Source: Octopus sinensis (lineage: Eukaryota). Taken from it: a DNA stretch of 64,000 nt. Both the position numbers and the translations under genes were made by a program. Below, in pieces: positions 52,640-64,000 of the stretch (position 1 is its first letter; every line of letters begins with the position of its first letter). Under the pieces are notes generated by a model that did no database searches, had not been told where the DNA came from, and saw only the letters and a program-made list of their open reading frames with translations. Where the stretch lies: contig NC_042997.1 in assembly GCF_006345805.1 (NCBI RefSeq), positions 48,112,001-48,176,000 on the forward strand, given 5' to 3'.

Positions 52640-52864
52640 ATTGTTTTAGCCTTCGAATGACGCCACCCCGCTGGCTACGTGAGCAGGCAAACAGAAGAAA
52701 CAGTGGGAGAAACAGTGGTGAAAGAGTACAGCAGGGATCACCACCCCCTGCCGGAGCCTCGTGGGGCTTTTAGGTGTTTTCGCTCAACAAACACTCACAA
52801 CGCCCGGTCTGGGAATCGAAACCGCGAGTCCGGTGCCCTAACCATTGGGCCATTGCACCTCCAC
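52640..52864 (-). mobile_element. SINE family C variant (head type 2, different tail)
   Basis: Minus head GTGGAGGTGCAATGGCCCAATGGTTAGGGCA...GGTTTCGATTCCCAGACCGGGCG as in 49688; 3' end differs. Confidence 0.75.
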
Positions 52865-52890
52865 GAAATTTATATATATGTATATGTATG

Positions 52891-52969
<79 letters not shown>

Positions 52970-53004
52970 TGTGTGTGTTGTGTGTCTATGCGTGTAGTTA
53001 TATA

Positions 53005-53035
<31 letters not shown>

Positions 53036-53257
53036 TATATACGCGGTCTGATTGTTGCCATAGTAACGAGGCTAAAGCACGCAGAATTTAAGCCGCTCGG
53101 CAAAGATTGACCTTGAACTCTGTTGTGCATGTGCACTAATTTTGAACGTTGTAGCTCACTTTCGCTTGGAAGAAAGGTGCGTAGCGTGTATCGTCGCATT
53201 GACCATGATAGAGAAAGTTGTCATGGCAATACCTGCACAGAAATCTGCATAAAGTTG

Positions 53258-53335
53258 TAGGTATTTCGCCTGCGTTTATGTTTTGAGTTCAGATTCCGCC
53301 GAGGTCGACTTTGCTTTTTATCCATTTCGGATCTA
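53258..53335 (+). mobile_element. SINE family B fragment
   Basis: GAGTTCAGATTCCGCCGAGGTCGACTTTGC. Confidence 0.7.
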
Positions 53336-54049
53336 TTCAATTTGATGTGCAGATTATTTAATTAATTATTTTTTTACACTTTGAAACTTCCGATATTGGT
53401 ACAATGTGTCACATATAACGGGGTTTGCTCTTAACGTTTTTGATAAAATTTTGTATTTTAGAAGTTCGTCACAAGATACTGTGACGATGGACAAATTCGT
53501 GTTTGATACGTGCCAGTACACGAAACACTCAGGTTTTTACTTACTCTCTAACTTCTGCTGATGGTATATATGCATATTATATATATGTGTGTGTAAAAAA
53601 ATCTTGTCACGCAATCAAACCAATGAAAAAGCCTCTACCTTGCTAAAAATAGCAGCCAATGTATACCCCTACCCAGTATTTTATAAGGTAAATTCCTTAT
53701 TAATTGACACATTATTAATTATCTTATAACAGTCATGCCTGGAAAAATCATGGATTACATGGGAAAATGCGAGCATGAAAAGTAATATTCTTAATATTAT
53801 ATACCTCGAAATGTACAATACAAGTTTTTACACGTGTGAAAGTATAGGAGAAACTATTACTTCAAGTAAAGTAAAGAATAAGAAACCAACCTCATTTGCA
53901 AACACATGGATTCCATCTGGATTCGAACTCGCCCATGATAATGTTCATGAACGCATCTTTAGGAAAAGCATGATGCACGTGCAAAACGTTGACTCATTGG
54001 GTATGAAGTGCACCCAAATTTATCAACCAATCATTCGTTTCCCGAAAGC

Positions 54050-55046
54050 ATGCCAAAACTGAGACGAAATCAGAGGCAGCAAGCCATCGGACGTCTCCAT
54101 GCTGGTCTATGTCCATGGGTCATTGCTAATGATTTCAACTGCAGTATTCGGACAATTGAGCGGCTGAGAGAACTATACAATACCACAAACAGCATGGATT
54201 ATCGTCTACGTACCTCAAGATCGCCATCTGCACTTCCTGGATCGATACCGGAGGGCAATGGAGTCAGCTGCTAGTCAGACCATAGGAACTCAACACAGAT
54301 CTATTTGTGCAGAGAGAGTTCGCCGCCGGTTGAGGTCTTTCTATCTGTCTTGACAACAACTGGTTAGGGGCCCCATCCTCACAGATCGTCATCGATTGGC
54401 ACATCTGCAATGGTCTCAAAAACGTTAGAACAGGCGATATCAGCAGTGGAGGACCGTAGTTTCCTCTGACGAATGTCGATATTGCATTTGTGTGGCAGAT
54501 GGCAGAGCTAGGGCTTGGAGAAGGGGTAAACGTCATGCAGACGGTTGTGTGGTGGAGAGAGATGCGTGGGGAGGACAGAGCATCATGGTATAGAGAGGGA
54601 TTGCACTCAACTAGTAACTTGGACCGGTGATCTTCCAGAACATCAGCCAATGCCGGGGCAATGAAGTAACCGCTGCTCGCTACATCGACCAAGTTTTGAA
54701 GCCTCACATTGTGTAATACTTTGCCTGTCGTTGGAATCACGTGTTCCAACACAACAATGCACGTGTCCATACTGCCGGATTGACAACAGACTTCATCCAA
54801 CACAACAGCAGATAGACACTGCCATGGCCTACCTTAAGTCCAGACTTCAACTCCATAGAGCACCTATGGGATGAAATCCAAAGAAGGCTAAATGACATCC
54901 ACCCAAGGCCCTCAGCGACACAACTCATTACAATTTTTAACAAAGTGTGGGCTGCGATCCTAGTGGCTTTCATCAATCGTTTGGTGCATTCAATGTACAG
55001 AACAATCCTGTCAGTAATCATCGCTAACGGTGGCTACACGAAATAT
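54050..55046 (+). pseudogene. Tc1-type DD34E transposase pseudogene (element extends to about 55243)
   Basis: MPKLRRNQRQQAIGRLHAG start; SSDECR (first D at 54468-70); QHNNARVHTA (second D mutated to N), then exactly 34 codons to the E of WPTLSPDFNSIEHLW; ends ANGGYTKY; many stops and frameshifts. Confidence 0.9.
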
Positions 55047-55554
55047 TGCGTTCATTTCTTTGGATCCAGGACACTCCGACATCACGTGAGACCATGTGAC
55101 GTCAAACATGTTCAGGAAATAACGTTTTATCATTAGGGAAGAACGTTTTCTTAATTAGCACTCTTCAATCAATACTACGGCAGTCTGTTAATAAACCGGT
55201 TTCTATTTAGTATGTTTGCGACATTTCTTCTGTGATTCAGTTTATATATAGATGTGTATTTATATATATATACGTACATATGCATATATGGAAGTATATA
55301 TGTCGTAAAATTATTCCTTTGTGTTGAGAATGACGATGGTATGGCAAATTTTTATTTGCATGATTTCTCCCAAGAATATGAGTGAAATAAATAAAATTGA
55401 TAGATCTAATTTTCAATCACAAGACCGTAACATTGATTGTAATCCTTACAGAAAATTAACTGAGGACACTGATTCTCCGTGGAAGTTCTTATGAGACTAA
55501 GATGTATATATATATATATATATATATACATACATAGATAGATAGGTAGGTAGG

Positions 55555-55634
<80 letters not shown>

Positions 55635-55652
55635 ATAGATAGATAGATAGAT

Positions 55653-55739
<87 letters not shown>

Positions 55740-56627
55740 GTCGAAAAATCGGAAATAGAGAACAAATAAAATTTAGGACTTACGAGAAATCTTCTGAATA
55801 GTCTGAAATAATATTGTTTTTCTAATGTTTATGGTGTGTTTTTTCATTTTTTTTATTCACTACCATTCCACTTATGGGTTTATTTATTTCTGTTTATTTA
55901 TTTGTGTCTGTTTGTATGTATGTATGTGTCATATTTAGACAAAGAATTAAAACATTTAGTCTTCCTTCTCTAGGTAAAAATCACACTTTTGATATTAAAT
56001 TCAATGTATTCCATTAGAGATTCGGAATGTTTAGAAATAAAGCCACAAGAAATATTCTTAATTAAAAATTCAAAAGAGAAATCATTCTGTCATCAATAGA
56101 GGTTATTTCACTTGAAAATATGATGTTAGCATTTTTTTTTTATATTTCAATTAATAGTATATTTTTTCTGTTGATTTTGTTTTTAATGAAGAAAAATGTA
56201 AATTACGAAAGGAAAAGTTTCAAAGAATCTTTCTTGTTACTACAACTTTGGCAATATTTCTTCGCAAATGAGTAGAGTTTTATACAAAGTGTAGGCGTGG
56301 CTGTGTAGTAAGAACAATCGTTCTGGGTTCAGACCCACTGCGTAGTATCTTGGTTAAATGCCGTTTACTATAACGCTGCGTCGACCAAATACTTGTGAGT
56401 GAATATAGTAGACGTTAAACAAAAGAAGTCAATCATACAAATAAATGTATATATATATCTACGTGTGTTTTTGTGCATGTTTGTATCCAAGCATCTATTG
56501 ACAACCATTGAATGTTTCTTTACAGTCCTCTAAATTAGCGGTATGCCAGAAGAAAATGCTAGAATAAGTACCAGCTTTAAAGATAAGTAGTACTGTCAAT
56601 TTTTTCGACTAAACCCATTTAGGTGGT

Positions 56628-56799
56628 AGATTATTTACATTATTTACATTTGACGGATATTTGTCCTCATCTTGTTTGATGTTAACACAACATTTCGGCT
56701 GATATACCCTGCAGCCTTCTTCAGGTGTCTTGGGAAAATTTCGAACCTGGGTTCTCATTCCTAAGGTATTCTTCAATATTATTATTATTATTATTATTA

Positions 56800-56836
<37 letters not shown>

Positions 56837-56939
56837 GAGTGAGCGAGCAGAGCATGCCATCAAAGTGACACTGGGGTAAAATATACGAAGCCCAATATAC
56901 CCATCATGACTACCCGTCTGATAAAGGTACACCGGGCAC

Positions 56940-56988
<49 letters not shown>

Positions 56989-57227
56989 GTTGTTGTTGTT
57001 ATTGTTGTTATTGTTGATGATGTTGTTGTTGTTGTTGTTGTTGTTGCTGTTGTTGATGTTGTTGTTGTTATCGTTCAGGTCACTGCTTGGAATCGAACTC
57101 GGAATCTTGGGGTTAGTAATCCGCACTCTTAAACAACAAACAAAATGAAGACAAATATCCGTCGAATGTAAATAATGTAAATCAAATAAATAATGTATAT
57201 AATACCTCATCTCTTAAATATAGAACT
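56628..57227 (-). mobile_element. tRNA-headed, HHR-tailed SINE-like element with inverted terminal copy and 13-bp TSD
   Basis: TSD CCATTTAGGTGGT at 56615-27 and 57228-40; B box GAGTTCGATTCC (57089-57100); (AAC/AAT)n spacer; HHR 56684-56729; inverted copy of the 3' tail at about 57133-57227. Confidence 0.7.
56684..56729 (-). ncRNA. Type I hammerhead ribozyme (extra A after core; C15.2 reads T)
   Basis: Minus: GACAC CTGAAGA A GGCTG cagggtatat CAGCC GAAA TG TT GTGTT. Confidence 0.7.
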
Positions 57228-58160
57228 CCATTTAGGTGGTGCCCCAGCGTGACCGCTTCTAGTGGCTAAGACTAGTAAAACATTAAAAAAAATAAGGTAT
57301 GTATTTTCTCTGTATGTAAAACTCGCTGTAAGTGTTCGCTATGCATTCATTCGTCATTATATGAATCTCAGAGCATAACATTATGTTTTTGGCAGGCGTT
57401 TCTTTGTTTGTATTAATCAAATCGCCAGCCAATCAAGCTTGGGTCTATGAAGCTAAACTTAAGATTCATATGAACAATGGCACAAATAGATAGTGATTCG
57501 ATATATTCTATAGGATTCAGAGGTGATAAAATTAACGCTTAATAGAGTGTTAATTAACGATGTCAACATAAGTGAAACAATGAAAAGACTATTTCTCATA
57601 AAAGGAAACCTCGACATTTCTCCAGTTTTTGCTTCTAATGTAGAAATACGGCATGGACGTTTTTCATATTTGGCGTAAGGAATTGGATTATTTTGAACAG
57701 AGTATCAGTGTACGATGGATAGTTACTTTGCTAAATAGAAACGCATTATTTAAAGGACCTTTGTGCATTCAAGTGATAATGACTTCGATCCTAATGGACA
57801 GCACATACAGAAAATTTCTTCTAGAATGGGCTCTGGCTAGTTTAAGATTTGAGAAGGAAATCTGTTCGGCAGTCTGCATAAAGTTATGTTGAACAGACTG
57901 CACTACTATTTGGCTGGTAAATCTGAAGAGGTCATTTTGTTAACACAACATTCTGCAAGTGTGTCTATATCTATCCATCTGAAAGTGACACATCATTTTG
58001 TGTATGCATTCTCACGCTGAGAGAAATGTCGGTAAGATCTAACTAAGGATTATATAAACACCTTGGATTCATGATAATGATTTCACAAGATATCAACAAT
58101 GCGATACGGGTTTTAAAATGTGTCGAACTAATTGTAACGATTTTAAATCATTCCATTTTC

Positions 58161-58230
<70 letters not shown>

Positions 58231-58231
<1 letters not shown>

Positions 58232-58446
58232 CGTTGCCATGATAGATCGGTAGCCACTACACGCATTTTTTTCTCTCCTTGTTTCTTTCTGTGCTTTCTA
58301 TGGAAGAGCATAAGCTCGAAACGTAAAAGACTCTTTTCAATTCCCGAGCGTATATTAACACATCTATTTGTTTTCTACACCAACTTTGTCTTTTGTTTTT
58401 TATTCGTGAATTCTCCCCACATATATATATAACTTATATATATATA

Positions 58447-58498
<52 letters not shown>

Positions 58499-58697
58499 TT
58501 GCCATGATAGATCGTAGCCACTACACGCATTTTTTTCTCTCCTTGTTTCTTTCTGTGCTTTCTATGGAAGAGCATAAGCTCGAAACGTAAAAGACTCTTT
58601 TCAATTCCCGAGCGTTATATTAACACATCTATTTGTTTTCTACACCAACTTTGTCTTTTGTTTTTTATTCGTGAATTCTCCCCACATATATATATAA

Positions 58698-58700
<3 letters not shown>
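58231..58700 (+). repeat. Tandem duplication (about 265-bp period) of a PLE-type terminus with HHR-like motifs at 58294-58329 and 58558-58593
   Basis: Two near-identical copies separated by (TA)n; motif cttt CTATGGAA GAGC ataa GCTC GAAA CG TA aaag. Confidence 0.75.
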
Positions 58701-58740
<40 letters not shown>

Positions 58741-58742
<2 letters not shown>

Positions 58743-59154
58743 TTTATTCTTTTACTCTTTTACTTGTTTCAGTCGTTTGACTGCGGCCATGCTGGAGCAC
58801 CGCCTTTAGTCGAGCAAATCGCCCCCCGGGACTTATTCTTTTGTAAGCCCAGTACTTATTCTATCGGTCTCTTTTGCCAAACCGCTAAGTGACGGGACGT
58901 AAACACACCAGCATCGGTTGTCAAGCAATGCTAGGGGGACAAACACAGACACACAAACACACACACACACACATATATATACATATATACGACAGGCTTC
59001 TTTCAGTTTCCGTCTACCAAATCCACTCACAGGGCATTGGTCGGCCCGGGGCTATAGCAGAAGACACTTGCCCAAGATGCCACGCAGTGGGACTGAACCC
59101 GGAACCATGTGGTTTGTTAGCAAGCTACTTACCACACAGCCACTCCTGCGCCTA
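58741..59154 (-). mobile_element. SINE family A, near full length
   Basis: Closely matches 50386-50812. Confidence 0.9.
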
Positions 59155-59414
59155 CGTAAAATTTCTATTTTTCACGCTTCAATCGTTTTTATATTTCGCA
59201 GTTATATCTTCCCTTATTCTTTCGGTTTCTGTTACATTTACTACTTTTACCTATTCCCAATCTAACGTTCCCACACACATAATTATTGGGCACATGTTTG
59301 TCTGCAGATATACATATACAGATACGCAGATACATGTATAGACACACACACACACTTATACATACATGCATACATAGTTGCATATATATATACCAATATA
59401 TGTATTCATGTATA

Positions 59415-59518
59415 CGAGGGGAGGTTTTCTAGACCCTGTAAAAGAACATGTAAGGTTTGGCCTCCAACCAGACCTTTCACGATACCCTTAAATCCAGCAA
59501 CTTTTTAGCAGCCCCTCG
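59415..59518. mobile_element. Mariner-type MITE remnant
   Basis: TA-CGAGGGG...CCCCTCG-TA ends; right end resembles a mariner TIR, left end degraded. Confidence 0.5.
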
Positions 59519-59566
59519 TATAAATATATATATATACATACATACATGCATACATACGTGCATATA

Positions 59567-59770
59567 GGGTGCGATGGGTAAATTGCCGCCATTTTATATT
59601 TTTAATTTCACGCCTTCGTATTTTTTGTTTTTGATTTTGTCAACCACACAGTGTGGTAGGATCAACTGGGCACCGTATGTAAGAAAAAGTGCACCATGAC
59701 GCAATTCACTCTGCCAGCAATTTGGAACATGCTGTACTGCTTGGCTCTCGTGCCAGAATCTGTAGTGCAA
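59567..59770 (+). mobile_element. Tc1/mariner-superfamily 5' fragment
   Basis: TA then GGGTGCGATGGGTAAATTG; ATG at 59696 gives MTQFTLPAIW, resembling a recalled octopus transposase N-terminus (unverified). Confidence 0.45.
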
Positions 59771-59948
59771 CCTGAAGACATGTCATTGTTATTTTCATTT
59801 TTGCGTAATTTTGACGACAATGTATTCACTGTCTGTGTGTGTGTGTACATATATATATGTATGTGTGTGTGTGTATTTGTGTGTGTGTGTGTATGTGTGT
59901 AGGTGTGCACATACATACATACATACTTACATACACACAGATAGACAA

Positions 59949-60057
<109 letters not shown>

Positions 60058-60698
60058 GAGATAGATAGATAACAAGATAGGTGTACATACAGACGTTCGC
60101 TCATAATTAGACATATTGAAAGTGTGTATGTGAATGTCTGAAAACAGAAAATTGGCAATGTTGCCCGACTGTCTATGTAAAAATAATCAAGGCACGAAAC
60201 AGTCCACACGGTGACACATCGACTTACCTATTACAATTCTGCATTATTTATCGAAACTATCTGACACTTCAGGGGGAATATATTTCTACAGTAAAACTAG
60301 AGATAATGCCAGTCTTCATCTAACTGGTAGCGATATTCTGTTTTGTTATTACATCATGTTCACAGCGAACATCTGTATGAGTTTATAAATAGATAGATGT
60401 GCGTGACGCACACATGCGAGTTTATGTTTGTTCATACTAGACACGTGTATTGATATAGATATGCATACACATTTGTATCCTCAGAGCACGATTTTTTTTA
60501 CAAATACGTGCATACGTACGCACACACAAACTCACACAAACATAGCCACACACATGCCTAGCTTTCATCCAATACATACATACATACGTACGTATGTACG
60601 TATATACATACATACATATGGGGAGATAAAATTAGCTTCAATTCATTTAATCATCAATGAATACACAGAACTTCAGGATCAGAAAAGAGAACTTTGTG

Positions 60699-60769
<71 letters not shown>

Positions 60770-60985
60770 GTGTATATGCGCATACTCTAAAGTAGTGAGC
60801 ACCAGGTGAGGTGTATTGAAGGAATGTGACAGAAAGGGAAATTAGTAAAAATATATTTGAAATGTCTACGGTAATGAAGTAAATATACCAAGTAAAACAG
60901 CAATGCACACACGCTCACACTCATGCACACATAAGCATACACACAATTGCTTAACTACGCGTGCATGTGTGCATACAATTGTGTG

Positions 60986-61032
<47 letters not shown>

Positions 61033-61122
61033 GTGTGTGTGTGTATATATATATATACATATGTATGTATATATATATGTGTACATAGAGAGAGAGAGGC
61101 AGACATACAGATAGATAGATAA

Positions 61123-61206
<84 letters not shown>

Positions 61207-61785
61207 TATATATAGTTAAGGTTACTATCTATATTTTATTATGTCTTCATGAAACACACCTGCGTATTTCCGTACTCCCAAATGTAGATGTTATAATTGT
61301 GAGAGAGTTTGAAATACCGGAAAATAGATTTTGAAGAGTAATTACATATCAAAATAGGAGATTGGAAAACTTGTTTTGGCATCATTTATTCATCATTACA
61401 TATGTTTCAGGTGCTAATAGGAATTGAGATAACTATACATGTAGGAGAAACATGTAAGATATCTTCTATTAAATATTCTTCACGGAATCAAATAATACAA
61501 AAATTACATTTGAATTAATCTTTAATTTATAACCAGTAATCAGATGTCCTGCAGATAGAGTGGAGAATAAAGTATATGCATATACATACACACACATAAA
61601 CACGCACACACACAAACACACACATACACACACACACACACACACAAACCCACACAAACCCACACATATGCGCGCACACACACACACGAACACGCACGCA
61701 CACACAGGCATACACGCACAAACTCACTTACACACACACACGTATATCGTCAAATTGGATAATCAGTCATTAAAAATAACGATAA

Positions 61786-61935
61786 CAAAACAAGAGGACG
61801 TCGACATGGTATGTATTAGTTTGACGCCTGGTAAAATTAGAGGGATCTTGACGTTTCGAGCATAGCGCTTCATCCGAAGGCACAAAGTCCAGAGAAAGAA
61901 TAATATGGCCAACAGCACGTGAAATGTATATATTG
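61786..61935 (-). mobile_element. PLE-type terminus with degenerate HHR-like motif (61846-61880)
   Basis: Minus: cctt CGGATGAA GCG ctatg CTC GAAA CG TC aaga. Confidence 0.5.
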
Positions 61936-64000
61936 TATGCTTGCTTCTTACTCATTTTGATATGAACGGTTCACCCAAAACGCCAGTCAATTTTTTTCTA
62001 CTTTTCAGCATACTGTTCACTCTGCACAATTTTATTTATTTGTGTGTATGTGTGTGTTTTTGTGTGTGTGCATGATACCAGGTCTAACCAGTCATGTTAA
62101 CTCTCTGTTCATCTCTTACTCCCCTCATTCCATTTCTTTTTGTTGTTGTATATTTACACGTGATTTCCAATTTGTGTAATCTTCCCCATATGCTACGCCT
62201 AGTTTTCCTCTGTATCTTTTATTCGTTCTCCGCCCATTTTGTTTCCTCATAACTTTTCGTGAAATTTGCTATAAATATGTTTGGACTTTGTTTCCTCAGA
62301 CATTTTTTGATGATTTAATTTAATTATTTTGAAATAACAATTACCCACCTGATTCTTGTTGTTTCTAGCATACTAAACGACCACGTATATGATAGGATAC
62401 ATTTGAGGGATTTTAAAAACAAGAGTGAAGAACGTTATGATAAAATAATGAAAGAAATGTACATTTACTAATTAGTGTTAGCAATCTTCTCTTCTTGTAC
62501 AAAGATTTCTATCGGAGAATTATGGAGAAAAGTCGAATAGTCTATGGTACTACATCATTAACAGGAAGTAAGTCGATAGTTTCTAAATCCTTGAAAAAAT
62601 ATGTATGAAGATTGCTTTTAAGATGAATGTATCAATAAAAATTTCCTAGTGTCTTGTCTAAAACGAAAGACATGCATTTCAACAATTTCGAGCTGTGGAC
62701 TCTCTAACATGTTGTTTACTGTTTCCATCACTTCTCTTACACGGCTTCTTGTTTTAACAACCTTAGTATTATCTGTAAATGCTAGAAAATCAAGCAATCA
62801 TTGTATAATAATCTTTATAGAAGAATTCTACCCCTATTTGAACTGTCATTATTTCCTTAAAATTTCGGTCGACTAATATAGTTGACGTTAACACATTAGA
62901 GGGTTCTGAAATTTTAATACCCACTGAGGAAGTTTTTGTGTCATAATCACGGGGGTAATTTGAGTAAATCGATTACTTTCCAGATTCCTAATTACATATG
63001 TGACGCCATTCTATATTACATAGTCAGAAAACTATTCTGAGATATTTACTATCAGCCTTATAGTCGATGTACATCAATAACATGAATATGAACGTAGGTG
63101 CCATGATTCACCTCTGCGGATATTGAAGGTCATTGTATAAGTGACGAAGCTAAGATTGGCATGCACAGTTGAGTTCAGCTACACTCCAAAACATATCTTA
63201 TGCAGCTATCAGAAGGAACTGGCGAAAGACGACCAGTTACAGTCACCTTTTGGCATCTTACATTGCAACAACGCCAAAAAGTAACAAAAATAGATTGAAA
63301 TATAATTAAAATGAACATTGCTCCTTTTTATTCTTTTGATACTCTTTCATTTCATATCTAATTAAAAGAAATATTTATTCTCAAGATATTTAGATTCGTA
63401 ATGGTTCAGTTTAAAATAAACTTTAATAATGATGCAATAGTGAAACGTTTTTATTAACTCACATATAGACTTATACAAACATATCATTTCAAAGGAAATT
63501 GTTTTTAAAACGTTTAAAACGTTTTATGGCAAAACAATTTAAAATATAAATAAATATATCTATTTATGAACAATTAATTACCTAATTAATTAAGAATTAA
63601 AGTAGCTTATTGTACAACTTCTAATTTATCGATTGTAAACATTGACAAAAATGTAAGTATAAGCAGGAAGTAACAAAAACACAATTGATTTAAAATGAAC
63701 TCTTGCAAATAGGTTAGAATTAGATTTCAGAATTATACACTTATAGAATTGACATCAATTTATACATTTAATAACACACGGAAACTGTTGTATGGAATTT
63801 TCAGAGAATATTATGACGTGCCAAATATTTCGACGCACAATTGTGATATAGTGACTGACAATTTCCCCAACCTATGTTGAAAATAAGTTTCTTGTGAGAT
63901 TATATAAACCTAAGGCTTTTTCGTAAGTTTTCTTTTCTTCCTCACTCTCCTTCCCGCTTCCTCCACTTCTCTCTCTTAACTTTATCTCCTTAGGCATATT

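Larger units (their letters stand above)
56289..57282 (+). mobile_element. Old SINE family A copy interrupted by a 600-bp insertion
   Basis: Head GTGTAGGCGTGGCTGTGTAGTAAG; the tail reconstitutes as CGACTAAACCCATTTAGGTGGT|GCCCCAGCGTGACCGC when 56628-57240 is removed. Confidence 0.7.

Noticed and set aside
60221-60290. Minus-strand AG|GTAAGT donor with an upstream acceptor as a coding exon
   Set aside because: All three frames contain stops; a single consensus donor is expected by chance.

Overview
AT-rich eukaryotic genomic DNA dominated by microsatellites and transposon remnants. The SINE, LINE and microsatellite repertoire looks like an octopus (coleoid cephalopod) genome; this is inference from recalled repeat families, not a database search. 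I found no convincing host protein-coding gene, rRNA, true tRNA or CRISPR array, and nearly all listed ORFs are microsatellite or antisense artefacts. Recognisable content: about 25 copies of three tRNA-derived SINE families; a 5'-truncated CR1-type LINE (39098-42051, minus; APE endonuclease + RT, frameshifted); a Tc1 DD34E transposase pseudogene; mariner fragments and MITEs; non-autonomous Helitrons; and RTE- and RLE-type LINE 3' fragments. The main result is a set of about 10 type I hammerhead ribozyme (HHR) or HHR-like motifs, found by eye, in short elements resembling Penelope-like element (PLE) termini. These include an apparently intact HHR (9987-10077), a 132-bp spacerless palindrome carrying one HHR on each strand (12442-12573), and a tRNA-headed, HHR-tailed SINE-like insertion with a 13-bp target-site duplication (56628-57227). 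Repeat boundaries were counted by hand and are approximate; motif coordinates were counted base by base.
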